This document shows, piece by piece, positions 56,046 through 64,000 of a stretch of 64,000 nucleotides of DNA. Position 1 is the first letter of the stretch; every line of letters begins with the position of its first letter. A program made the position numbers and the translations under genes. Source of the stretch: Acidobacteriota bacterium (GTDB lineage Bacteria; Acidobacteriota; Vicinamibacteria; Vicinamibacterales; UBA8438); NCBI GenBank assembly GCA_009861545.1, contig VXME01000029.1:306-64305 (forward strand), read 5' to 3'. The notes beneath the pieces were generated by a model. The model had not been told where the DNA came from, ran no database searches, and saw only the letters and a program-made list of their open reading frames with translations.

Positions 56046-56159
56046 CGCGCGTCGGCGTACCGAGGGGGGCCGGAAGGCCCCCTGGAAAGTCTCCCTGCAC
56101 GCGCGTCCAGCGCAGCAGGTTTCCGCTCCGTAGTTGCCGTCGTGGCGAGCCTGCCGTTT

Positions 56160-58559
56160 CTAGTATCCCTCCAGGACCGGGAACCGTTCGTCGTCCGGAA
56201 GCGGTTGCACGTCAAGTGCGTTGAGCGCCATCGACACCATCCGGTAGCGCGCCGCGCTCAGGGTGATGCTCATCATCTGGTGCGTGTCGTAGCGCGACGA
56301 CAGGTCCGCCCAGGTCTCGTCGGCGATCATCGAGTCGCGGAACATCTCGTTGGCGGCGTCGATGAGGGCGAGCTCGTTGGCGCCCCAGCCCGACTGATCG
56401 CGGCCCTGCGCGATCCAGACCGGATTCAGGCCGTGGTCGCGGGCCCGGCCGACGCTGCCGACGTGCTTGGCCCACTCGTAGACCGCGCCGGAGTTCCAGC
56501 CCATGCGCAGGATGAGCAGCTCGCGGTCGTGCGGCGTCAGTCGCGACCGCTCCGGATCGAGCACGTAGCGCGGGTTCAGGTTGCGCGCCTCCACCATCGT
56601 CGGGTGCTGCAGGAACGTTCGCGAGACCCGCAGGCCGTCGCCTTCGACCGGCTCGACGCGCGGCGTCGTCAGCGGCGGCTCCTGGTCCGGGACCACCACG
56701 CGATAGCCGACGTCGTCCACCGGCATCAGGGCCTCGGCCGGGACGCCGTCGTCCGGCTGGATGCCGAGCGAGTTGAAGAGGATCGCGTTGGTGGTGGTCC
56801 AGCCCACGGTCATTACCGCGTCGATCAGGTTGTGGGTGTCGAACTGCTCCGCCAGCGCCTCCCACGTCCGGTCGGTGACCGCCGCGTGGCGGAACAACTG
56901 GTCCGCGAAGCCGATGAGGATCGCCTCGAACGGGTCCCAGTCGTCGCCCGGACCCTGGGCCACGAGCATGACCTCAGCCGCGGTCAGGCCCGCCTCGGCC
57001 GCGCGGCTCGCCTCTGCCGCCCAGATGTTGGCGCTCTGGGTGAGCCACGCGGTGCGCAGGATGAGGATGGCGCGGTGGCGCGGCGACAGCGTCGATTCGT
57101 TGGCGATGTAGTTGGTGAACGGCAGCACGCGGTCGGCCAGGGCGGGCACCCGGGCCAGCGTGCGCACGACGTTGGCGGAGTGTCCGTCGGCCGAGTGTTT
57201 CTCGACGCTCGCGCGCTGCTCGGCGGTCCGGTCCGCTTCCGCCAGCGGCGGCACGCGCGCATCGGTCAACCGCACCGCCGGCACGACGGTGCCGGGCGCC
57301 TCGGTGATGGCGCGGGCGGGCTCGATGCGCAGCAGGGCGCCGTTGTCCTCCTCCGTCAGCACGTACAGGTAGCCGTCGGGTCCCTGCTGGACGTCGCGCA
57401 CCCGCTGCTTCAGCTCCATCAGCAGCCACTCGCGGCGGATCTCCTGTCCCTGCCGGTTGAAGACGACCCGCTCGAGGTGGCCGGTGTGCTGCATCCGGCC
57501 CACCATCATCGAGCCGACGAAGAGGTTGCCGCGCCAGGCGGGGAAGTGCTCGCCGTCGTAGAAGGTGAGGCCCGACGGGGCGATCGACGGCCACCACATC
57601 ACGTGCGGTCCGGTGAACTCGGGCAGCCACGGCGTCTCGGTGATCGGCCGGCCGCCGTAGGTGCGGCTGTAGGAGGCGATGGGCCAGCCGTAGTTCGAGC
57701 CGGGCTGGATGATGTTGGCCTCGTCGCCGCCCTGCACCCCGTGCTCGGTGGCCCACAGCTCGCCGGTGTCCGGATGGAAGGCGAGGCCGATCTGGTTGCG
57801 ATGGCCCATCGTCCAGATCTCGGGGTGGTAGTCGGGGTCGCCGACGAACGGATTGTCGTCGGGCGCCGTGCCGTCGTCGTTCAGGCGCAGCAGCTTGCCG
57901 AAGTGGGTTTGCCCGTCCTGGGCGTACTCACCGGTGCCGGCGAACTCGAACGCGCCGCCGACGGTCATGAACAGCTTGTTGTCCGGTCCCCAGATCAGCC
58001 GCGACGCCGCGATGCCGCCGCCCCAGCCGTCGGCGACGAAGATGTCGCGCGTCTCGGTCAGCGCGCCGGCCCCTTCGTCGAGGCGCCCGCGCGCCAGCGC
58101 CACGGTGGCGCCCTGCCGACCGTCGCGCTCCTCCCCCTGCGAGTAGGTGAGATAGACGAGGGTGTCGTCCTCGGGATGGACCACCACGTCCATCAGCCCC
58201 GCCAGCCGCACGCCGGTGAAGACCTCCGGCACGCCGGGAACGTCCCCGTCGAGGAGCTGCCCGTTGCGGATGACCCGCAGCGTGCCCCGGTCGCGCTCGG
58301 TGACCAGGATGTCGCCGTTGCGGCGGAACGCCATCCCCCACGGGTGATCGAGCCCGGTCACGATCGGCACCACGCGGATGCGCGGCTGCTCGGCCGTGTA
58401 CAGCACGACCGGCCGGTCCGGCGGCGGCAGGCCGGGCACGCCCCGCAGCGCGGAGGCGCCGGTGCGGTTCTGGGCCCCGGCCGTGGTCTGGAGCAGCGCG
58501 GCGCAGGCGATGACGACGGCGGCGGCGAGCGCGGTGCGGAACGGCGTCGTGCGGGTCAT
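56160..58559 (-). CDS. Fusion protein: soluble PQQ-dependent sugar (glucose/sorbosone) dehydrogenase-like propeller + two carboxymuconolactone decarboxylase (AhpD-like) domains
   Basis: Start MTRTTPFRTALAAAVVIACAALL (cat at 58557-59, GGGAGGA upstream). sGDH-like motifs are HPWGMAF..NGDILVTER, GLMDVVVHP, HFGKLLRLNDDG, WTMGHRN..GLAFHP.TGELW..EHG. The C-terminal half carries two CMD-like repeats (ILILRTAWLT...IWAAE; LLILRMGWNSGAVYEWAKH). Confidence 0.75.
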   Translation of the reverse strand: MTRTTPFRTALAAAVVIACAALLQTTAGAQNRTGASALRGVPGLPPPDRPVVLYTAEQPRIRVVPIVTGLDHPWGMAFRRNGDILVTERDRGTLRVIRNGQLLDGDVPGVPEVFTGVRLAGLMDVVVHPEDDTLVYLTYSQGEERDGRQGATVALARGRLDEGAGALTETRDIFVADGWGGGIAASRLIWGPDNKLFMTVGGAFEFAGTGEYAQDGQTHFGKLLRLNDDGTAPDDNPFVGDPDYHPEIWTMGHRNQIGLAFHPDTGELWATEHGVQGGDEANIIQPGSNYGWPIASYSRTYGGRPITETPWLPEFTGPHVMWWPSIAPSGLTFYDGEHFPAWRGNLFVGSMMVGRMQHTGHLERVVFNRQGQEIRREWLLMELKQRVRDVQQGPDGYLYVLTEEDNGALLRIEPARAITEAPGTVVPAVRLTDARVPPLAEADRTAEQRASVEKHSADGHSANVVRTLARVPALADRVLPFTNYIANESTLSPRHRAILILRTAWLTQSANIWAAEASRAAEAGLTAAEVMLVAQGPGDDWDPFEAILIGFADQLFRHAAVTDRTWEALAEQFDTHNLIDAVMTVGWTTTNAILFNSLGIQPDDGVPAEALMPVDDVGYRVVVPDQEPPLTTPRVEPVEGDGLRVSRTFLQHPTMVEARNLNPRYVLDPERSRLTPHDRELLILRMGWNSGAVYEWAKHVGSVGRARDHGLNPVWIAQGRDQSGWGANELALIDAANEMFRDSMIADETWADLSSRYDTHQMMSITLSAARYRMVSMALNALDVQPLPDDERFPVLEGY

Positions 58560-58678
58560 GGATTCCTCCCCGTGGCGTGGGGACAACTCTACCGGAAACG
58601 GGCGGGGAGAGTTCTGCGAGAGTCGCGCTGCGTCGGTGGGCGCGTGCGATCGCCCGCACCTCGCGCACCGCGCAGGCC

Positions 58679-60661
58679 TCAATGCCGTCGGCTTCTCATT
58701 CTGAACCTGAACCCCTTGTCCGGAACGAAGGAGGGAAAGAGAACCCAACGGTCCGTCTTCAATTCATAGGTCGGCGGAACCAGCTCCATGTCGGCCTCGT
58801 GCAGCAGGGTCGCGACAAGTAGCGGCAGTTGCGTTTCGGCGAACCCGCGGCCGGCGCAATGATGCACGCCGACGCCGAAAGGCGCGAACACGCCCGGCTG
58901 CTTGTGTTCCTCACGCCCCGGCAGGTAGCGGTCTATGTCGAACCGCTGCGGATCGGGAAAGTGCTCCGGCAGGTCGTGCGTGACGAAAAAGGCGAGGAAC
59001 AGATCCGCACCCGCGGGAATCCGGTGTCCGTCGAAGTCGAACGACGTGGTCACCTTGCGTTGAATCCCCGGGACCGGCGTATACATGCGCAGCGCTTCGA
59101 GCATGATCCGGTACAGGACGTCCAACTCGTGCACCTTCGCCGCATCCGGTGTACCGCCGGCGAACAGGGCGTCCGCCTCGGCCTGCGCCCGCTCCCGCAA
59201 CGCGGGGTTCTTCAGCACGACGTAGAGCATGCAGGCGCCGATGCTCCCCACGGTCTCGACGCCGGCGAACAGCGGCAACAGGGCGGTGAGCGGGAGGTCG
59301 CACTCGGGGAGGAACATCGGGTCGGCGCGGTGCAGCGTCAGGATGTCGTCGATCGCGTTGGCCTTGCGGGCGTGCTGCTGCAATTGGTGTTGCGTCAACC
59401 ACCTGTCCGACAATTCCGCCGCGCGGCGGAGCGCACGCCGCTGCCGGGGCGTCCTGGGCAATCGGGGCGTATGCAGGAAGCCGCGGGTCACGGCCTCTCT
59501 GAGGACCAGGCGCACGTCGTCGATGTACTCCGCTGTCGACGATTGCGCGACGATTGCGCTCGTCGTCTCGCCGACCAGGCGGAGGATGGCAGGGAGAGCG
59601 CGCAACGGCGCGTTCAGCGGCATCGCGGCCACGGACCGCCGGATGACATCCACCGCTGCGGGGATCTCGGATTCGATGAGCTGCCGGGAAAGGCCGTCCC
59701 TGGTCTCGCGGCGCATCCGAACGTGGTCCTTGCCGTTCATGTTCAGCACGAAGCGCGTGGCGCCGAACTCCGCACAGAGCGGATCCCACATGTCGGACGT
59801 ATGCAAATGCATGCGCTCCGAGCGGGACACGAACAGGTTGGCTTCCTGTCCTGCCAGGGCGACGAAGTTGCGCGTCAACGTCTTGACCCTGAAAACAGGC
59901 CCGACGCGCTGGTACTCCTGCACGAAGAACGTCCTTGGGTCGCGCGCCACGGCGAACGTGCTGCCCACCAGCGGCCAGCCGCGGGCCAGCGGCAGACCGG
60001 CGCCGCCGTCGCGCGCGGCGCGAGCCGCCGGTCGTACCATGCGCACCAGGGTCGCCACGGCCCGCCCGATCAGGTCGAGGCGGCTGACGATCGCGATCCG
60101 TTTTCGCGCCTTGACGAGTTCCTCTGCCGTGAGGAGCTTTCGCCAAACGTCGCAGGCATCGACCAGGCTGATGATCACGATGTCCGCCGGGTCCGGGATG
60201 TCGTCGCTGAACAGAACCCGCATGATGCGCAGCCTGACGTGCTCCTGCGTCGCTCCGTTCGTCGATGGATAGCGCCGCGCGTGCGCCACCTCCGGCGTCA
60301 GGGACAGGAATGCGTCCTCGCCGGGCTCGCGGAGTATGCCCCGGGAGACCAGCCGGGCAATCGTCCGCTCGCGGATCTCGTGCGCCCGCCGGGCCGTGCG
60401 TTCCACCCAGTACAACGCGTCATGCGTCTCTTGCGCGCCGACGATGTCGGCCAGCGTGGGGTCGAGCACGTCGTCACCGAGCGGCATTGGATCGCTGGGC
60501 GTGAGGTTGTCCAAATCGGTATCGATGCGATTCGCCAATTGCAGGTCCATCAACACCGCGCCGGCGAGAACCAGATGTTCCGTACGTTCGGTCATCGGGA
60601 GGAGCGTGCCGTGTTGCTCGTCCAGGAGAAACAGCAGGAACTCTTCGGCGGCAAGCAGCAT
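58679..60661 (-). CDS. GPP34/GOLPH3-like domain fused to cytochrome P450
   Basis: N-terminal LLAAEEFLLFLLDEQHGTL...LVLAGAVLMDLQLANRI (GPP34-type). P450 I-helix LFAGVETVG, ExxR LEALRMY, heme loop FGVGVHHCAGRGFAE. The ATG at 60661 is one codon inside the GTG at 60664. Confidence 0.8.
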   Translation of the reverse strand: MLLAAEEFLLFLLDEQHGTLLPMTERTEHLVLAGAVLMDLQLANRIDTDLDNLTPSDPMPLGDDVLDPTLADIVGAQETHDALYWVERTARRAHEIRERTIARLVSRGILREPGEDAFLSLTPEVAHARRYPSTNGATQEHVRLRIMRVLFSDDIPDPADIVIISLVDACDVWRKLLTAEELVKARKRIAIVSRLDLIGRAVATLVRMVRPAARAARDGGAGLPLARGWPLVGSTFAVARDPRTFFVQEYQRVGPVFRVKTLTRNFVALAGQEANLFVSRSERMHLHTSDMWDPLCAEFGATRFVLNMNGKDHVRMRRETRDGLSRQLIESEIPAAVDVIRRSVAAMPLNAPLRALPAILRLVGETTSAIVAQSSTAEYIDDVRLVLREAVTRGFLHTPRLPRTPRQRRALRRAAELSDRWLTQHQLQQHARKANAIDDILTLHRADPMFLPECDLPLTALLPLFAGVETVGSIGACMLYVVLKNPALRERAQAEADALFAGGTPDAAKVHELDVLYRIMLEALRMYTPVPGIQRKVTTSFDFDGHRIPAGADLFLAFFVTHDLPEHFPDPQRFDIDRYLPGREEHKQPGVFAPFGVGVHHCAGRGFAETQLPLLVATLLHEADMELVPPTYELKTDRWVLFPSFVPDKGFRFRMRSRRH

Positions 60662-60664
60662 CAC

Positions 60665-61216
60665 TCACGCTCCCGGTCGGATACTCGATGCGCCGCCCTG
60701 TTCGGGTGCAGGGTCCCGGTCGCCACCGAACGTCTCGAGCGCCCGGTTCTCGACCCGCAGCCGTGCCCGGAGCACCAGCAGGTTCAGCACGGAGGCGGCT
60801 GCCGCCAGGATCCAGGCGCCGAACATCAGCGGCACCACGGCCATTTCGCCGCACACGATGAAGTAGTTGGGGTGCCGCACGTAGCGGTACGGGCCGCTGC
60901 GGATCGGCGCGACGCCCGGCAGCACCACGATACGCGTCGTCCAGCGCGACCCCAACGTGGCGATCACCCATACGCGCCCGCACTCCAGCAGCACGAAGAC
61001 GGCGAGCAACGGCAGCGACACCGCCGTCCGGGGATCGATCGTTGCGGGCAGCGCGAGCAACCAGCCGGCGTGCAGGGCGACCATCGCCGGGTAGTGCCCG
61101 CGGCCGACTTCGACGGCGCCCCGAGCCAGGAGCGCCCGGTGGTTGCGGAGGGCGAAGCCCAGCTCGGCCAGACGCTGAAGCACGAGGAAGCCGACGATGA
61201 CGTACAGGGCAGGCAT
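60665..61216 (-). CDS. Isoprenylcysteine carboxyl methyltransferase (ICMT)-family membrane methyltransferase
   Basis: 183 aa starting MPALYVIVGF (cat at 61214-16). 4-5 TM helices. Conserved SGPYRYVRHPNY...GE motif. The start overlaps the PKS stop (ATGA). Confidence 0.8.
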   Translation of the reverse strand: MPALYVIVGFLVLQRLAELGFALRNHRALLARGAVEVGRGHYPAMVALHAGWLLALPATIDPRTAVSLPLLAVFVLLECGRVWVIATLGSRWTTRIVVLPGVAPIRSGPYRYVRHPNYFIVCGEMAVVPLMFGAWILAAAASVLNLLVLRARLRVENRALETFGGDRDPAPEQGGASSIRPGA

Positions 61217-62301
61217 CAGTCCGACTCCAACACCAGGTACCCGATCGAGAAGCCGGGCCCCAGCCCGGTCATCAGATACCGCCGCACCCCTCCGTGCCGC
61301 CCGTTGTCGGCGGCCGAGGTCATGAGGACGCGCTTCAGGATGAAGAGCACGGTGGCCGCCGACATGTTGCCGTAGTCGCGCAGAATCTCCCGGGACGCGG
61401 CGAGGCCGCCGGACGGGAGACCGAAGGCGTCTTCGAGCGCCTCCAGCACCTTGGACCCGCCGGGGTGGCAGATGAAGTCGTCGACGTCGGCGAGCTCCAG
61501 GCCCACGGAAGCGAGAAAGTCGTCGGTGACGCGCCGCACCCGGTGTCTGGCGAAATCGGGAACGCCGCGCGCCAGCCGCAACTCCAGCCCCTGTTGCGTG
61601 ACGCGCCAGCCCATGACGTCGAGGCTGCGGGGCCAGGTATGCTCGCCCCAGGCCCTGATCGCGGGTCCGGGTCCGTCCGTGGTCAGCACCGCGCCCGCCG
61701 CGCCGTCGCCGAACAGAGCGGTGGCGACGATGTTCGCGGTCGTCCGATCGCTGCGGCAGAAGGTGAGGGTGCAGAGCTCGACGACCAGGCACAGGATGCG
61801 GCTGCCGGGCTGGGCGCACGCGCAGGCGGCGGCGCGCGCCAGCCCCAGCGCCCCGCCTGCGCATCCGAGGCCGAACACCGGCAGGCGCTGCACGTTGCGC
61901 CGAAAGGGCAGCTCCTCCATCAGCCGGACATCGAGCGCGGGCACGGCGACGCCCGTCGACGAGACGGTGACGAGCGCGTCGACGTCGCTGCACGCCAGGC
62001 CGGCGACGGTCAGGCTGTCGATGGCCACCTGCTTGAGCAGGTCGATCGCCCTGTCGATGTACAGATCGTTCTTCAACTCGAAGCTGTGTGCCTGTTCGTA
62101 CCAATGGACGGGGGCAGCGGCGTACCGCGTCTCGATCTCGGCGTTCAGGAAGAGCTGCTTCAGACGGTCTCGCCTGGACGGCGGAATGTCGAACGAGCGC
62201 TGGAAGAAATCCAGCGCCTCGTCCTGAGGGACCCGGTGGGGCGGCACTGCGGTGGCGAGCGACGCGATTCGCGGCCGGGTCTGGTTGGACCCTGTCGTCA
62301 T
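61216..62301 (-). CDS. Type III polyketide synthase (chalcone synthase-like)
   Basis: Catalytic Cys in PVFGLGCAGGALGL, His in FICHPGGSKVL, Asn in DYGNMSAATVLF, C-terminal GLGPGFS. Start MTTGSNQ (cat at 62299-301) overlaps the upstream gene stop. Confidence 0.9.
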   Translation of the reverse strand: MTTGSNQTRPRIASLATAVPPHRVPQDEALDFFQRSFDIPPSRRDRLKQLFLNAEIETRYAAAPVHWYEQAHSFELKNDLYIDRAIDLLKQVAIDSLTVAGLACSDVDALVTVSSTGVAVPALDVRLMEELPFRRNVQRLPVFGLGCAGGALGLARAAACACAQPGSRILCLVVELCTLTFCRSDRTTANIVATALFGDGAAGAVLTTDGPGPAIRAWGEHTWPRSLDVMGWRVTQQGLELRLARGVPDFARHRVRRVTDDFLASVGLELADVDDFICHPGGSKVLEALEDAFGLPSGGLAASREILRDYGNMSAATVLFILKRVLMTSAADNGRHGGVRRYLMTGLGPGFSIGYLVLESD

Positions 62302-63989
62302 CGGGTGAGCTCCGCCCGCGTGGGGTCGCGGGAAGCGAACCGCGGAGGGGCGTCGCCGCGGCCGGACGCGAACAGCCACCGCGTCAGTTTGCTGCGCTTG
62401 AGACTGCGCCTTCCGAGCGCGCCGACCGCCAGGCCCCACAGGAAGGACCGCAGCAACCCGCGCAACTGAACCGGGTCGAGCCACGACCGCACTCCCGCCA
62501 TCCACATGAGCGCCAGGCGCAGGGCGACCATGTGTCGGAACATCCGAAACAACGAGCGGGGGATCTCGTCGTCGCGGCAGTGCTCGAACCAGGAGTGGTT
62601 CAGTGCGAAGGCCGACTGCACCCTCACGCCGGCGCGGACCGATCGCGAGGGCTGTCGCGCGGCCGCCCGGGCAATGAGCGGCTCGAAGTCGGTCAACTGC
62701 CGGTCCAGTCCGTGTGCCGGCCGCCCCAGACTGGCCATCATCGCCGCCCCGACGGCATCGGCGTGATAGCCGTTGAGTAGCAGCGGCAGCGCGACATGAA
62801 AGAAGCCGACCACGTGGAGGTGCATGCTCAGGCGGCACTGATACCCGGCCTGCATGACGTCGTACAGCCTCGCGACCTGACCTTCCCCCAGTCCCAGGAA
62901 ACCGGCGTAGGCTCGGTCGAGGGTGCTGACGTATCGTGCGGTCGAGCCGCCGTCCAGGTCGCGGCGGATCATGGCTCCCACCTGCTGAATTGCCATGGTC
63001 ACCAGTGCAAGACCGGTGCTGTACAGAGGATCCACGGTATCGGCGGCATCTCCGATGAGGAACCACCCCTGGGAGGAGTACCGCTGCCGGGCGCGGTACA
63101 TGTAGTTCCGGTACAGGTTGGTGTCGACCACGATCCCGCTCCGGACCAGGTCTCCCAGGATCGGGTGCTCGCGCGTCACCCGGTCGAGGAACTCCGGTAT
63201 GGACGTCACGGGCTCGGGAAACAGGTCCGGCCGGCAGGTAAGCCCGACGCTCATCATCTGCCTGGACGGTTCGGCCCGGACCGGAAGCAGCCAGACCCAG
63301 TTGCCCCGTCCGAAGAAGTGATGCGCGGCATAGTACGCGTCGGGGCGGCGAGCATCGCTCGTGACGGCGTCGATGCGATCGAGAATGGACGCGTCGAAGT
63401 CCGCCAGACGGAACCAGAACGAGCTGCGCTGGTACGGGGCGGTGTCGCCGAGGTGCAGTTGACGCGCCAGCAGTCGGCGCCGTCCGGTGGCGTCGATCAC
63501 CCAGCGGGCCGTGTGCGTTCGTACCGTCCCGTTGCTGCGCCGCACCACGACCCCGTGCTGCGCGCCCGAGCCTAACTCGACCCGCACCACCTTGCCGTCG
63601 ACGTGCTCGACGCCGTTGTCGTGATTCAGTTGCCGCAACGCGTCGTCCAGAGTGAACCGGTTGACGAGAAACGACGGCAGCGGCGGATTGGTGGGGACGG
63701 CGTCCACGACATAGCGCGGGTCCGCAGGGATCGAGGGATCCAGCTTGTAGTAGAACGTGAGCCCGTACTTGGGGAGCTGTTTCTCGACCAGATGCCGTCC
63801 AAGACCAACTTCCTGGAGGAGTTGCGTGCTGAACTCGACCAGCGATTCGCCCACTATCGGCAGCGTCCGGACCGCCGGTCCCACGACGTCGACGCGCAGA
63901 GCGGGCATGTGTCGCGTGAACCAGGCAGCCGCGAGGTTGCCTGCGATCCCGTTGCCCATGATCAGCACGTCGCAATCCACTCTGGCCAC
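62298..63989 (-). CDS. FAD-dependent monooxygenase/halogenase-like flavoprotein
   Basis: Dinucleotide-binding DVLIMGNGIAGNLAA (GxGxxG) and a distal GDAA..VDPLYSTG motif. GTG start preceded by AGGAG. First gene of the PKS operon. Confidence 0.8.
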   Translation of the reverse strand: MARVDCDVLIMGNGIAGNLAAAWFTRHMPALRVDVVGPAVRTLPIVGESLVEFSTQLLQEVGLGRHLVEKQLPKYGLTFYYKLDPSIPADPRYVVDAVPTNPPLPSFLVNRFTLDDALRQLNHDNGVEHVDGKVVRVELGSGAQHGVVVRRSNGTVRTHTARWVIDATGRRRLLARQLHLGDTAPYQRSSFWFRLADFDASILDRIDAVTSDARRPDAYYAAHHFFGRGNWVWLLPVRAEPSRQMMSVGLTCRPDLFPEPVTSIPEFLDRVTREHPILGDLVRSGIVVDTNLYRNYMYRARQRYSSQGWFLIGDAADTVDPLYSTGLALVTMAIQQVGAMIRRDLDGGSTARYVSTLDRAYAGFLGLGEGQVARLYDVMQAGYQCRLSMHLHVVGFFHVALPLLLNGYHADAVGAAMMASLGRPAHGLDRQLTDFEPLIARAAARQPSRSVRAGVRVQSAFALNHSWFEHCRDDEIPRSLFRMFRHMVALRLALMWMAGVRSWLDPVQLRGLLRSFLWGLAVGALGRRSLKRSKLTRWLFASGRGDAPPRFASRDPTRAELTR

Positions 63990-64000
63990 ACGACTCTCCT

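Noticed and set aside
56142-61375. 875-aa (56142..58769) and 848-aa (58829..61375) plus-strand ORFs
   Set aside because: They are antisense to the sGDH-CMD, P450 and ICMT genes, which carry clear catalytic motifs. The antisense translations are Arg/Gly/Asp/His-rich with no domain signature.
61217-63975. Upstream extensions of ORFs 60665..62104(-) and 61216..63975(-)
   Set aside because: The recognisable ICMT and PKS sequences begin at internal Met codons that overlap the preceding stop codons. The upstream parts are out-of-frame read-through of neighbouring genes.

Overview
Very GC-rich chromosomal window from a diderm bacterium; OMP, BamA-like and periplasmic genes are present, but the taxon cannot be assigned from sequence alone. 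All homology calls come from motifs read by eye in the supplied translations. No searches were run.

Layout:
- 1-23.9 kb: ordinary metabolic and envelope genes. These are tandem PQQ-propeller paralogues, a serine hydrolase, an M4 protease, an M16 peptidase pair, LarE, a CaCA exchanger, PhzF, an Omp85 pair, HAD, a thioesterase and a PQQ dehydrogenase. A small insertion sits at 13.9-16.3 kb: an ABC-type ATPase, a TOPRIM-like partner and a Uma2 nuclease.
- 23.9-47.6 kb: a defence island.
  - A second ATPase/TOPRIM-like pair lies at 23973-25615.
  - An ada-alkA/ogt alkylation-repair operon follows on the opposite strand.
  - Next comes a ~20-kb strictly co-directional array with start/stop overlaps.
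  - Its backbone is an SNF2-like helicase with a DUF3883 nuclease-like tail, a DUF1156 Zn-ribbon DPPY methyltransferase, and a DUF499 ATPase. This is a helicase-methylase-ATPase trio.
  - The backbone is split by nested cargo: two more ATPase/DUF4276-like pairs, a DUF262-DUF1524-AlbA_2 fusion, an ATPase/PIN-like pair, two decayed ATPase pseudogenes and an RHH-PIN toxin-antitoxin pair.
- 47.7-53.8 kb: patatin, an Rsm22-like methyltransferase, vapBC, a cupin, an NHL-repeat protein and a cyclase.
- 53.97-56.05 kb: a Ro60 (rsr, TROVE+vWA) gene flanked by three Y-RNA-like elements. The first has a near-consensus sigma70 promoter and a tRNA-like T-arm.
- 56.2-64 kb: an sGDH-CMD fusion and a type III PKS (alkylresorcinol-type) cluster that includes an unusual GPP34-P450 fusion.

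No rRNA, bona fide tRNA, CRISPR array, transposase or integrase was seen. Many long ORFs antisense to these genes are GC-content artefacts.
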